DNA from: Macrostomum lignano
Taxonomy: Eukaryota
Direction: 5' to 3'
Assembly (NCBI GenBank): GCA_002269645.1
Contig: NIVC01003802.1
Coordinates: 1-64,000 of the forward strand
Length of the DNA stretch: 64,000 nt
A program made the translations under genes and the position numbers. Numbering within the stretch: the stretch's first letter is position 1; every line of letters begins with the position of its first letter. The notes under the pieces were generated by a model. It did no database searches and was not told where the DNA came from. It saw nothing but the letters and a program-made list of their open reading frames with translations. Shown piece after piece: positions 37,901 to 50,514 of this stretch.

Positions 37901-40900
37901 CGATTCCGATAGCGATGTAAGTGCTCCGATCCCAGTGTAGCGAATTTTTAATAACTCTTTGAGGTCATTCATGCGCTATTTCGAGCCGTAGTGATGCTCA
38001 TCCTCCGGCTTCTATGTTTCGTGTGTATTCGAAACATGGAAGTAAAGTAAACAAAAATTCGCCTGACGCATGGTAACTGCAGTAATACATAATCACACTG
38101 CCTCGAGCAACTTTGTTTAAATATGCTTATCTTAAATTTGCGGTATTGAAATGAATAAACTATCTATTGTCTTGATATTGCATGGTATCTCTCAACATGA
38201 TAACACTAACGGCTATGGCTACTTTTAGGATATTGCACTCTTAGTTGCAAAGGAACGCGTTAAAAATTAGTGGAAAAGTTTAACAGCATTATGATTAGGT
38301 GCACGATAAAATCCAAAAAATGGTGCTTTTCATGATCAAAAACTGATTTTGCTGTTTAAGCTTCGGTGTCAGCCTTTGATAAAGTCGGTAATAAAGTTAA
38401 TGCACGGATCATTTTTAAGTTAATGTGAAACTTTGCCAAACTGTTGCTGTATCTAGCTGGGCCCTACTTTTCATCGTAGGACGAACGGGACGCGGTCTAC
38501 ATCCTGCTGAGACATGGAGCCGATTTTACTCAAAAAGATTTCTACGGTTGCACACCTTTGCACTACGCCGCTATGAAGGGCAACCTCGTGGCCAGCAGGT
38601 GCCTACTGCACTTTGAGTCGATGCGACAGAAAGGACGAGTGATCAGCGCCGACAGGGTGGAATGCGTCTACAGCACTCGAGTGCCCATCTGGAGGGTGAG
38701 CGCGTTTCAAATGCGACCAAATCTTCCCATAGTTTTTTTCCGGAGTTTCCCCCAGGAACTGTAAAAATTACCTAGCACACTGAGTACAATGACAAAATCT
38801 TAGTTGACTATAAGATCTCATCGACCTTTTCCACGGCGTCAAATAAAGCGACGATGAAATCGAACCCGGGGGTAAAGCTTCGGACTGCATTCGGGTCCCT
38901 CTCTCGGGCTCCCTCCCTGGCTTCTGGTCGACAGTTCTAAGTAGCGGTTTGGTCGGGTCGGTTGTTAACATCTCAAAATGCCCAAAAGTGAATTATACTT
39001 TCGTTTTTACTGCTTGTCAAACAGGTTTTTTCTACTTAGCTTGGACCACACCTGTGACCTTGGACGTCACACGTTTAATGCTTTAGAACGTAGATATTAT
39101 TGTACGAACCACATCCTAATCTTGATAATATTTTGCAGGCAATCTCCTATAGACTTTTTCTCATATGTGACTTGAACTTTTATATTTCCCTCGCGTCACA
39201 GATAACCGACAACGAAGACATGACAGCTCTTCATTTAGCCTGCGCACACAGCGAAGTTCTCATTGTGAAGATGCTCCTCGAGATGGAGACGAACGACAAA
39301 GACTACCTAGACATGGTGGAGAACAGCGGCTGCACCGCTCTTCACCTGGCCAGTGCCGAAGGTAACGAAGAAATCTGCAGCTACTTGCTGCACTCCGCCG
39401 AGCTCGAAGGCGAAGGCTTCCTGAAGCGGTACATCAACCGCAAGGATATGGAAAACAACACCTGTCTGCACAGCGCGGTGCAGAATGAATGCATCGACGT
39501 TGCGGAGGTCCTGCTCAAGAAGGGTAAGCATTGAAAAAGCAAAACCTCTACTGTTCAGCATAAAATCGAAAAATGAAATCTCATCACTACAAAAATGACA
39601 TTCAGGTGCCTTCGTGAACGCTTGCAACACGGGTCATGAGACGCCGCTGCATCTCGCTGCTCGCACTGGCAGCACGGCCATGGTTGAGCTGCTCATCCGT
39701 CACGGCGCCAGCCTAAACGCTTTGGACACCGATCGACAGACGGCGTTGCACAAGGCGGCGAACTTCAATCAGAATGACCTGCTGAAGTACCTGCTGGAAA
39801 TTGACAGCTCCGTGATCGACGCCAAAGACAGGGAGGAGAACACACCCCTCCTTCTGGCCAGCTGCCAGCAGGACGATCCCGGATGCGTCCAGATTCTGCT
39901 GGAGAAAGGAGCCAATCCGCTGTGCACGGACGGCCAGGATCGATCCGCCCTGTACCTGGCAGCCCAGTGGCACAACACCAAAGTGCTTAAAGCTCTATTG
40001 GACAATCCGGTGGTCACTGAGAATCGCGTCATTGACGAAGCGGATGTCAACAACAATACGCCGTTGCATGTTGCCTGCGAGAATGGTATGCCGCTGCAAT
40101 TGCCTTACTATGCTTCATTTTATTTAACGCCATCGACCTGCTAATAAGATAGTTGTTTAACACTTTATGTACTTTTGGATTGACTAAGTAGCCATTAATG
40201 AATCAATGCGCAATGCGAGCTACATTGATAGGAGCTTTATACGAGTGTATATTGTCTTCGTATCTTTCTTCACTAGCACAATCAATTAGAGAACCTGAAA
40301 CCGATGGAGGTCCATTCCCTTCTTCATGGTTAATTTGAAAGCAGCTTGCTCCATACGTGATGATCGAAGCACTGTTTTTAGAAATTAGTGTTTGATTGGT
40401 TTGTTTTTTTACAGTCAACAATCGCTCTAGTATTTGAGCTTTGCGCCCAATAGTTGAAAAGCTACGAGTGTTACTAAACAATCGCAGGCTATCTTGACGT
40501 AGTCGAGCTGTTACTGCGCTACAAGGCCAAATACGATGACAAAAACGAGGACGAAGAGACGCCAATTCATCTGGCCGCCAAAGCCGGCCACGTGCCCATC
40601 GTCCGTCACCTGCTACGCCTCAGCCGCAACCTGGCGCACGACGAGGACGAAGATTCGAACACGCCGCTGCACCTGGCGGCACTGGCTGGCCACTCCAAGA
40701 TCTGCCAAGTGCTCATCGAAGAGGGCAAAGCCGACGTTGAGGCCAGGAACTCGCGCGGCTGGACTGCGATGGACTGCGCCGCGTCCAAGGGCTTCACCAA
40801 GGTGGCCCAGGTGCTGTTGGAGAACGACTCGCCAATCGATCCGGCGGACAAGTCGAACGTCACCCCGCTTTTCCTCGCCTGTCAGGGTGGGCACCAGGAG

Positions 40901-43900
40901 ATGGTTGAGCTGCTGCTGAAAATCGGTGCCAGGGTGAGGCTCTCTACGCATTGGATGCCAACTTTAGGTCTAGCAAATAAGACTTCTTCCCAGGCCGTCT
41001 GCAGTCATCAGAGTGTAAAAAACAAATATACGACACATTCATTGCTAGCAGATATACGAGCGTAATAGCCATTCACCTAGCTCATAGCCATGATTCTCTT
41101 TCATTTTATATCAATATTCCAGAACAAACACCAACTTTAGAATCTTAAATTCGTCTTTATTCTTCATTAACAAAATAAAGTCAAAACTAAACCACCAGGT
41201 GGACAACCGCATCAAGTACTCCAACATCAACAGTCCGCTGCACAACTGCAACTGCTTGGACGCCGCGATCGATCACGGGCACAAGAAGGTCGCCCTGACG
41301 CTGATCAACTCCAACCAATGGAAGGAGGCTCTGCGCAACGAGACAATCGGCGAGAAGGGCGAGAAGGACACGCCGCTCAGGAAGCTCATCCGCAAGATGC
41401 CAGCAGTGGCCGAGAAGGTCTTTAACCGCTGCGTTGAGAACAACAAGCAGCGCCGACCGCCGGACGACCCTAACTACAAAGTTGTGTTCTACTACGAGTT
41501 CCTGGACGACATGTACAGCACCTGGGCTCCGCTGCGCAGCAAAGATGCCGCAGCTCTCGGATTTGACCAGATGGAAGGGGGCAGCAACGGCGGAGGCAGT
41601 GTCGGTAGTGGCGGCGGTGGAGGCTCCGACAGCGCCTCAACGGTCGGCGATGCACTGAGTCAGAATATAGACATCTACGACACAGAGGGCTACCTGCGCA
41701 AGGATCTGAAGTTTCGTTCGGTTAAAGGCTCGTTGAAGAAGAACCATCCACTGATGCTGATGGTCAAGTGAGAAACATAGAGAAGTCTTGCAAGCTTTCA
41801 GTGACCATATATTTAGTGACCACATCGTATTTTTCTTTTGTAATCAACAGGAAGAAGCGCGAGACTCTGTTGAAGCACCCGCTAGTATCGGCTCTGCTGC
41901 GTCACAAGTGGACCTCCTACGGTCGCTGGGTGTACTACATCAACCTGTCACTGTACGCCATCTTTCTCGCCGCTTTCACCGCCTACATGCTGGTGCTGAA
42001 GCCGACTTACATGTACTACGGACCGTTCTATTCGGCCTACAACGTCAGTCCGTGGAGCGGGAACGAATGCGACCAGGTGTTGAAGGCAATGTCCAGCTGT
42101 TCGAAGCCAGCAGTGGCTTTTGTGGCTATGTGGCTTGTGATCGGATTGGGAGGCTTGTTTCTGCTCAAAGAGGTTCGTACACCAATGGTAGACCAAGGAC
42201 CAAATCTAGGATTCGAGTTTCCGTATGAATTTTAGCATTGAATCGAAATTAACAATTAAAACATTAAACAGGTGAGCCAGGTATTTATAAGCCGGCTGAA
42301 GTACATAAACATGGAGAATCTGATGGACTGGAGCATCTTCAGTTTGGCCATTGTCACGGTGATTGATCTGAGCGATTGTCAGAGGACCTGCGGCGTTCGA
42401 ACTGTAAGTTACAGCATGCATACACTGAACATAGTTTTTGAGTGGTGTTATTGAAATTGGACAATATAGAGTTACCAAGTTCACCAGAAAGGAGTTTTCC
42501 TCTTTCCAAATAGAGTCAAAGAACGTGAAACTCGGTCTAAGTCTTCCCGTTAAGTATTAGAACAAAATTCCAAATTAGATTGTTGAACGTTACGAAGGCT
42601 ATTCACACACATGATTAAAAAAGTCGCTAATCAGGCTCAGCCGATGCAAATATTTAAACGCTTGGTATTTTTGCCACCTCTTTATTACACCTGCCCTAAT
42701 ACCGTAATGGGCAGATGTGCAACCGTGCAACGACCAGCTCAGTCATATCTGAAGGCTGCGTACGGCTGTTCAGTCCAAGGACTGGGAGGGGGGGTCGCCA
42801 TACCCTCAATTATCCCAGCTAATGCTGGCACCCATTTTACAGCTGGGTGAACTGAAGCAATGCAGAGTTAAGCAGCTCAGGGACAGATTTTCCGAGTGGG
42901 TCGAGAATCGAACCCTCAACTTTGAGTCGTGAGAGTCCGACGCTCTAACTGCGAGTACTAGGCTACAACCTGATATGCCACCTTGAAAAGGTTGAAACGG
43001 GTGGAAAAAGCAGACGCGCGCTCTTGGCTTGATTTTTTTTGGTTACAAAAAACTTTAAATGTAACTCTATACTAAACATATTAGTATTTAGTGGAAAAAT
43101 GTGCAGTTTTCCTATCAAACATTAAAATCTTTTCTACTTCTGCAGGACTGGCAATGGAACACGGGAGCCCTGGGCATCCTGATTGCTTGGCTCAACCTGG
43201 TCCTGTACATCCGCAAGATGCCTCGCTTCGGCATCTACGTTGTCATGTTCACGGACATCTTCTTTACCTTTTCTCGATTCTTTTTGGTCTTTTTCCTGTT
43301 CATATTATCGTTCAGCATTGCATTCTACCTGCTGATGCAGAACCAGATTGGGTTCGACAATTTGGGGAAGACAATTCTCAAGACCACCGTCATGATGATC
43401 GGCGAATTCGAGTACGCGGACACGTTCGACAACCAGTACGAGCCTGACAACAAGCTGAACGCGAGCCAGCAAATATTTTACAATGCCGCTACTTACGCCG
43501 TGTTTGTTTTTTTCCTGGCCATCATGAGCATCATCATCATGAACCTGCTGGTCGGTCTCGCAGTCGACGACATCAAAGCGGTGCAGGAGCAGGCTTCGCT
43601 TAACCGGATGGCAATGCAGGTGAGCGATCGTTAGTATTCGGTGAAGATTTAAAATGTGCATCAAATACAGTAGCAAGTAGCGACGTCAAACCGTACATTA
43701 CAAAAGTGCTCACACACAAAGATTTGCACAGGCCTGTAAAGTGCAAACCAAGAAATTGCACGTGAGCATTTTCTTGCGAGGATTTTATTCCTCTAGAGCA
43801 AATGCGAGCTACTCCGAGGCAGGGGGGGGGGCGAAGCCCAGTGGTCTGGGGCGGCGCTCTGATGCGCCAGCGGCCCAGGCTCGATTCCAAGTGCAGTCGC

Positions 43901-45259
43901 AATAATCTGGAGCTAAATTGGAGTCTCGGCTTCGCTCTGCTCGTGCAATTAAACGCTCTTGAAGGTCAACCCCCAAGGCACAGTGAAGTGTACATGCCTA
44001 ACGATCAATCAAGTTAGGGCCGCTGTACACTCTTGTGTGAGTGTGTGCCTGTGTGTATGACTGCGTACGTATCCGCGCGCTTGTGTGCCTGCTCAGGGGA
44101 GTCGGCGGAATGGGCAGTAATGCCTCTCGCCGGTTGTGTGACAATGTCGCCTCAAGTGCACCAGGGTGCCCACAACCCTTTGCTTCTACAAATAATAGCT
44201 CTCCAAGGCTGAGCAGATACTCCGATCAGTAAGAACCACTGCCTCTACCATAGAAATGACAGCTGCTCGGAAAATTCTGATTGTATGAAATATGAAATAT
44301 GAAAAAACTGATTTCGTGGAAAGATGAGCAGTATGATTTGTAACGTACGTAAATTGCAAAGCATAACGGCAGAGAAAATTTATATAGAAAATAATTTTCA
44401 AGTGACTAAAAGAGCATCCATGCCAATAACAGGTCGAGTTGGCCCTTGATGTGGAAGCTATCCTACCGATGGTGCTGACCAGGAAGTTCGTCATCAAATC
44501 CGAAATATATTATCCAAATCCGGATCGAAGCAAGAAAACCTACTTCATATCCAAGATGTTCGACAATATTTGGATCACACGAGACCAGCTTAACAGAGCT
44601 CTCGATCCCGAGCTGGATCAATGGGATAAAATCTACAAGAAACAGGAAGACACCGACGTCTCCATGGTGACGGTGAAAACCAAGCTGAAAGAGTTGAAGT
44701 CAAAAACTGTGAAGATCGAAGCTATGCTAGGGGTAAGTTTGGGAATGTTCTTTCACAAAACTAAGGGTATAGTCTAAGCTTCCGCCACCCAAAAAACACA
44801 CACAAGTCACCCACCCCTCAGCACCCGCTTCCCATTGAAGTCACCTACCCCTCAGCACCCACTGCCCATAGAAGTCACCCACCCAGCCCACAGCACCCAC
44901 TGCCCATAGAAGTCACCCACCCCACAGCACCCACTGCCCATAGAAGTCACCCACACAGCCCACAGCACCCACTGCCCATAGAAGTCAATCACCCCACAGC
45001 ACCCACTCCCTATAGAAGTCACCCACCCAACAGCACCAATGCCCATAGAAATTGCCCAACTAGAAAGCTTTATCTATGGAAATAATTTACGCATGTAATC
45101 TCCAAGAAATTCCAATCCCAACAAACTCCGACCTTTATGCAGGCGATAATGCGCAAGCTCCAGATAGACCAGGACGAGTCCTCTCTAAACTACGTGGACG
45201 CTGAGGATAATTGCACGGATGAACACGTCCCCGATGTCGGGGATGAGATCGCAACCTAA
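31916..45259 (+). CDS. TRPA1: TRPA1-family ankyrin-repeat cation channel, about 14 exons, about 1390 aa
   Basis: Predicted exons: 31916-32257, 32749-33030, 34683-34814 (tentative), 36889-36930 (tentative), 38480-38695, 39202-39523, 39606-40085, 40488-40933, 41199-41767, 41851-42172, 42272-42403, 43146-43619, 44433-44732, 45143-45259. All have GT-AG sites with consistent phase. Many TPLHLAA ankyrin repeats, HPL...KW pre-S1, pore KTTVMMIGEFEY, and TRP-like NLLVGLAVDDIKAVQEQASLNRMAMQVEL. Confidence 0.93.
33222..33600 (+). repeat. Minisatellite with 26-bp and 21-bp variants (ctaccctagagttaccact[gcact]gt) in a TRPA1 intron
   Basis: Visible tandem copies. Confidence 0.93.
34976..35780 (+). repeat. 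12-bp-based tandem array (gagagacccgat) with a 48/60-bp higher-order zone, in a TRPA1 intron
   Basis: gatggaacca recurs at 35021, 35069, 35117 and 35177. The later zone uses 11/12-bp monomers. Confidence 0.93.
37261..37613 (+). mobile_element. tRNA-derived SINE (family 1), copy 2, intronic
   Basis: GGGCCGTAGTACAGTGG (A box) and GGTTCGATTCC (B box). The body is shared with two other copies and the flanks are AGAC-rich. Confidence 0.88.
42764..42965 (-). mobile_element. tRNA-derived SINE (family 2) with a CORE-like central domain, intronic
   Basis: The minus strand has B box GGTTCGATTC. The plus strand reads cccattttacagctgggtgaactgaagcaatgcagagttaag, resembling the MIR/CORE consensus as recalled. 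Confidence 0.65.
43826..44179 (+). mobile_element. tRNA-derived SINE (family 1), copy 3, intronic
   Basis: Aligns by eye along its whole length to 37261-37613. Confidence 0.85.
44808..45050 (+). repeat. 34-38-bp minisatellite (cagcacccactgcccatagaagtcacccacc) in the last TRPA1 intron
   Basis: About 7 copies. Confidence 0.9.
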
Positions 45260-45740
45260 AGACTAAGCTTTGTTATGACAATGGTTATTTTGTGAAACAT
45301 ATTTTAACCAACTGTATAACTTTGGATGCATATTGACTTGACAACACTTATAAACAGATATATACATATATTTTGCCACTACTACAACACAACACATGTG
45401 AAAGTTTAACAAAACAGTCAATGCCAATGACTAATCAATATTTATTCGGAATTCTATTATCTCTTTTTGCTATCCTATTTAGATTTAATCCTCTCTGTTT
45501 GGTGTAATTTTGATTTCATTAAGAATTATCGCTGTTAATTAGTCTGGTAACCAACTGCCCCTACATGCAATTGTTCCCCCCTCTGTATGATTACTTTACC
45601 CAAATATTTAATTTAACATCATTCTGGAAATAAAAAAAAGAAAAATATTTTTGCTTTTCTACTTAAAGTAATCAATAAGTGTTTGAATTGCATTGAATTC
45701 TGTCCAGTTGAAAATCGAATCAAACTGCCACAAACTGCCC

Positions 45741-46568
45741 CAGAGAGCCACAAAACAGTGCCCCAGAGTGTCACTAATCACCCCCAGAGGGTCACTAACC
45801 AGTGCCCCAGAGTGTCACTAATCACCCCTAGAGAGTCACTAATCAGTGCCCCAGAGAGCCACAAAACAGTGCATCACCCCAGAGAGCCACAAAACAGTGC
45901 CCTAGAGAGCCACAAAACAGTGCATCACCCTAGAGAGCCACAAAACAGTGCATCACTCTAGAGAGCCACAAAACAGTGCATCACTCTAGAGAGCCACAAA
46001 ACAGTGCATCACTCTAGAGAGCCACAAAACAGTGCCCTAGAGAGCCACAAAACAGTGCCCTAGAGAGCCACAAAACAGTGCATCACCCTAGAGAGCCACA
46101 AAACAGTGCATCACCCTAGAGAGCCACAAAACAGTGCATCACCCTAGAGAGCCACAAAACAGTGCATCACCCTAGAGAGCCACAAAACAGTGCATCACTC
46201 TAGAGAGCCACAAAACAGTGCATCACTCTAGAGAGCCACAAAACAGTGCCCTAGAGAGCCACAAAACAGTGCCCTAGAGAGCCACAAAACAGTGCATCAC
46301 CCTAGAGAGCCACAAAACAGTGCATCACCCTAGAGAGCCACAAAACAGTGCATCACCCTAGAGAGCCACAAAACAGTGCATCACCCTAGAGAGCCACAAA
46401 ACAGTGCCCCAGAGAGCCACAAAACAGTGCATCACCCTAGAGAGCCACAAAACAGTGCCCCAGAGAGCCACAAAACAGTGCCCCAGAGAGCCACAAAACA
46501 GTGCCCCAGAGAGCCACAAAACAGTGCATCACCCTAGAGAGCCACAAAACAGTGCATCACCCTAGAGA
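45741..46568 (+). repeat. Minisatellite with interspersed 28-bp and 23-bp variants (ccctagagagccacaaaacagtgc[atcac])
   Basis: About 30 copies downstream of the TRPA1 stop codon. Confidence 0.95.
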
Positions 46569-48482
46569 CAGAACAACATTTTGTAATTAACTCTCGTATT
46601 ATATTGAATCTTTAACGACAATATTATTCAGTCTGCAGATGTAACCCCATCGTGATATAAGCAAGGCATATACAATATATAATAAAACTGTCCAAGTGCA
46701 TTAGAGGTCATAAAAAACTTCACGACACATACCATACGGTCGTATCTCTTAGCTAGAAACTGCATATGATACTAGCGGGTCCCTTGGAGCAAAAACCATG
46801 AACCAGAAAAAAATGAACTGATAAAGACACTGCCGCACGCTCAGCATAAAACGGCATTTGGCTGCATATAATGGCCAGGTGTTTCCCAGAGTTCTGTAGG
46901 ACTTGAACCCGCAGCAATGCGCGTATAAAGTTCAGAGTGCGCGGTCGCAGTTCAAACACACGCACACACAATGCAACAGGGTAAAGTGCTTTGCCCTCTT
47001 CGCTGCTTGCTTCTAAAAAAGTGGCGCCACGCACATACGTACTAGCTACACACTGGGTGCGGTAGCGTACAAAGTGCGAAGCCCGCTGCTGCTAGCACGG
47101 CCATTGGCCAAATGGCATTCAGAATCAACTTTATACAAATTTACCCTCTCTCTCAGTTGCCAAGGCATCTAAAAATAAATGCACAAGTGAATAACGCCTG
47201 CCCCCTGGCCGTATTGAGAAGAAAAAGTCTTAAGCGTCTCTTCATAAAAAACGGTCGAGCAATTTCTGTGGTTGCATTCAAGCTCTTTATCAGCAGGAGA
47301 GGGGCTGCTGGACGCGAACTTAGGTCTTTTGTACAACTAAGATAAGACTAATCATGCGATTTCTTGCAGTTCGGCGCAAGTGCGACGACAACTCTCCTGA
47401 CACGATTCCGCAGCCGACGCAATCTTTATAGAGAATTTAATAAAGTCCGACTGAAAAAGGCAGTTATATATTTATGTTTAGAATAAAATTATAACTGATA
47501 TTTAGCGTGGTTATTTCAACTTCTAAGTTTATATTTCAAAAAAACTTCAGGCATTTGAAGGGAGATTTTAATAACATACAAATATTATATGATTACTATT
47601 ATTATCTTTACGCGACCAAACTGGCAGTGCACACGTGATGACTTCGGTAAAAAAATCAAATTCAGTGTCATTTTTATACTCGAGTTTTGGCGCCACAGAA
47701 CCTGCATACGCGTGTGTTGGAAAAATTAACTTGGTAAAAAAAGAATGATTTTTTATAGAGAAAAAAATTAAATTTAAGAAGTTATACACTATAACTGGTT
47801 TGGTTGAGCACAGCACAGAATGAGTAATCTCTATTGAAACTTCATCAAGTTCTTTATTATTTTTAGTTCGTAAAAAACTAAAACAAACAACATTTAAAGA
47901 GAAATAGCTTCAAATAAAAAATGCGGCCTCCGTAACATTGGGTGGCGTTTAAACAAAACGTCCGCAAAAAAAAGCGCTGGAGCAGGTATTTGAATTTAAG
48001 AAACTTAATATAGATAAACAAAAGAAATTAAAGAAGACTGAAGCGGTGCAAACTAATTAATAAAATATTGTTACTATCGATAGAGACCTTTCAAACATCG
48101 TTAGAAAATATAACAAAATAGTCTATTTCACTAGGAAATAATATTGTAATTTGTTAATTTGCGCAAGCATTTTCAATTGCCAAGTTGTCTGTCCTCTTTA
48201 ATTAGCTGGTAATAATCTTGTTACCAGCCTGACGGACAGACAACATGCAATTCAGAACAGAAAAGATCGGTGTTAGGAACAGAGAGGAAAGTAAGATTAC
48301 TGAGTTGTTAAAATTCAAACAGAAAATAACAGCAATAGCAATAATATAAATAATAAAAGACCGCTTTACAAAAATCAAATGAACAATTCTCAGTTCTTAG
48401 AAAATTTATTAATTGCCAAAAACATTTTATCCCAGTTTTTTTCGCTAAACCCAGCATAATTCCTGCACTCGAGTATTTGACT

Positions 48483-50514
48483 TTATTTCTCCTTCTTAGC
48501 AACAAAACCGTGGCGTTCCATGCTGGCTACCGACTTCAGCACAGCGGCTACATCCGGCTGTTTTGTGTGCTGCTCGCTTGAATTGGAACCGCTTCCACCA
48601 CTACCAGCAGCAGCAGCGGTGGTGGCGGTCGACCTGCGAGCCGACGGCTTCATATAAGAGTGATAGAAGAAGTTGGCGAACAGCAGGAAGTAAGACAGGT
48701 ACATGATGCTGCCAGATAGGGCGTTCGCGTCCGACACTTGGCAGGGCAGGCCGGCCTGGGTGAGTTCGATGGTGCACAGCGGTCCTTGTGGCTTTCTCCA
48801 CAAATCACCAAATCAATCAAATCACAACACCCCCCCCCCAAACACCTCTCCAAATGCTTACCCGCTTAGTCCACTGCACGTAGGCAAAAACCAGACAGCC
48901 GATGATCATCTGCACAATCTGCATGCTGGTGATGCACATGCTGGTCCAACGGGGCGGACGGAATTGCATCGCGCGCAGGGCATAGTAGGAGTACATAAAC
49001 GCGTGCACAGTGTAGTTCATAGCGAAGAACCATCTGAGAAATTGCATAACAAAACTTATGCTAATCATCCCGATTTAAATCGTACTAGTTAGATTAAAGA
49101 GTCTCACCTGCCAGGAGCCGTGTGCTCAGAGTAGCTCTGGAACACGTACATGAGAACGGTGATGTGATGGTACCAGTGCAAGAACATTAAATTCTGCTTG
49201 CGCAGCACAATAAAGGCTGTGTCGCCAAGTTCGTAGGCTTTGCTAAGTACAAAGCAGATTGACCAGAAACCTGTGACGCCATAGAAATAGTTTGGATGGC
49301 AGATCGTGTGATGGAACGAATAGTTTTGCCAGGTGTGAATTAGTTCAGGCAGTGTCCTGGAAATTATCATGGTTTTTTGCGAATTGATTGAGCCTAATTT
49401 TGGCATAAATTACTGCATTAGCTGTTGAGACAATGCCATACCGATAAGCTCCCATGATGCTAAAGATAGCCAAGATGCCGCTCCATGCAGCCAGCATTGG
49501 TCGCAAGTTGAATGGTGGACGATTCTTCATGTAGTGCTGGCCATAGAACACCATGGCAACATAGATGGCCGAGATATACACTGTGTAGTGCCAGTTTCTC
49601 TAAAACAAATAAATGAGTATGATAATTAAAATTTATACACAGTAGTAAGAAAATAAATGCCAACAGAAACATAAAAGTCCAAAGATAGGTCAAAAAAGTC
49701 CAGTAAAATTTTAAAATGAGCCTAAGTACAAAATGGAACAAGAGCAAAAAAAGATAGCATACTTCATAGTCTGAGCTTACATTCCACCCCATTGCTAGAT
49801 AGCTATGCATTTAAGTTGGGCTTGTGCATTGTGATATACCAAGCTTCAATAATCTTAAGCTTATGGTCAAATTTGCACCTATCTAACACTTTGAAAAACT
49901 TAATTGGTTTATTGTTTTTATGGTAACACTTTTTGCACAAAAGTAAAAACTTAATATAAAGGGCAAACACTTTTAAAAACTCAATTAACAAAAAGAATCA
50001 ACCTCTACAGAGAATTATTAGAAGCAAAAATTTCAATGTGTTGTGGATGGCCAGCTATTCATTGTTTGACTAGTGCACTACTATAGTTTGCATCATGTAT
50101 TAATATAATTATAATTAAAATATAAATACATTTGAAAAAATGGCGAAACTAGACAAAATCACATAAAAATATTTTAAACTATAAAACCCAAAACATAAAA
50201 TCATTTACTATTAAGTTTGCTAATTACTTTGACATTTGGCACAAAGATAAATTTAGGTTTAAAATTTAGTTACATAGAGATTGAAATATTGCGAATTGTG
50301 ATTTAATTATGCAAAAGCATTAAAATTTAAAAGCTGCCAAAAATGAAGTAAAAAAGTTAAGTAAACGTCTTACCTCAGTCCACGCACGAAAGTCCTCCTC
50401 TAGACCAGTTGACAATTTCTCAAAGTCGTACACAAAAGTAAAATTAGGAGAATCCATCTGCCCTAGTGCCCCACTATTGACAACATCGTCCACTGGAGAA
50501 TACCGAATGGCCAT
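48483..50514 (-). CDS. ELOVL6: GNS1/SUR4 fatty-acid elongase, ELOVL3/6-like, 5 exons (50514-50374, 49599-49442, 49356-49108, 49033-48862, 48755-48483), about 330 aa
   Basis: [27 protein letters not shown] histidine box, [33 protein letters not shown] and C-terminal KKEK ER-retrieval signal. Splice phases are consistent (993 nt). The symbol is a subfamily-level call. Confidence 0.92.

Noticed and set aside
48756-48803. Longer final ELOVL exon beginning at [11 protein letters not shown]
   Set aside because: The CAG acceptor at 48756 gives a loop length matching ELOVL family alignments, while the upstream AAG site is weaker.
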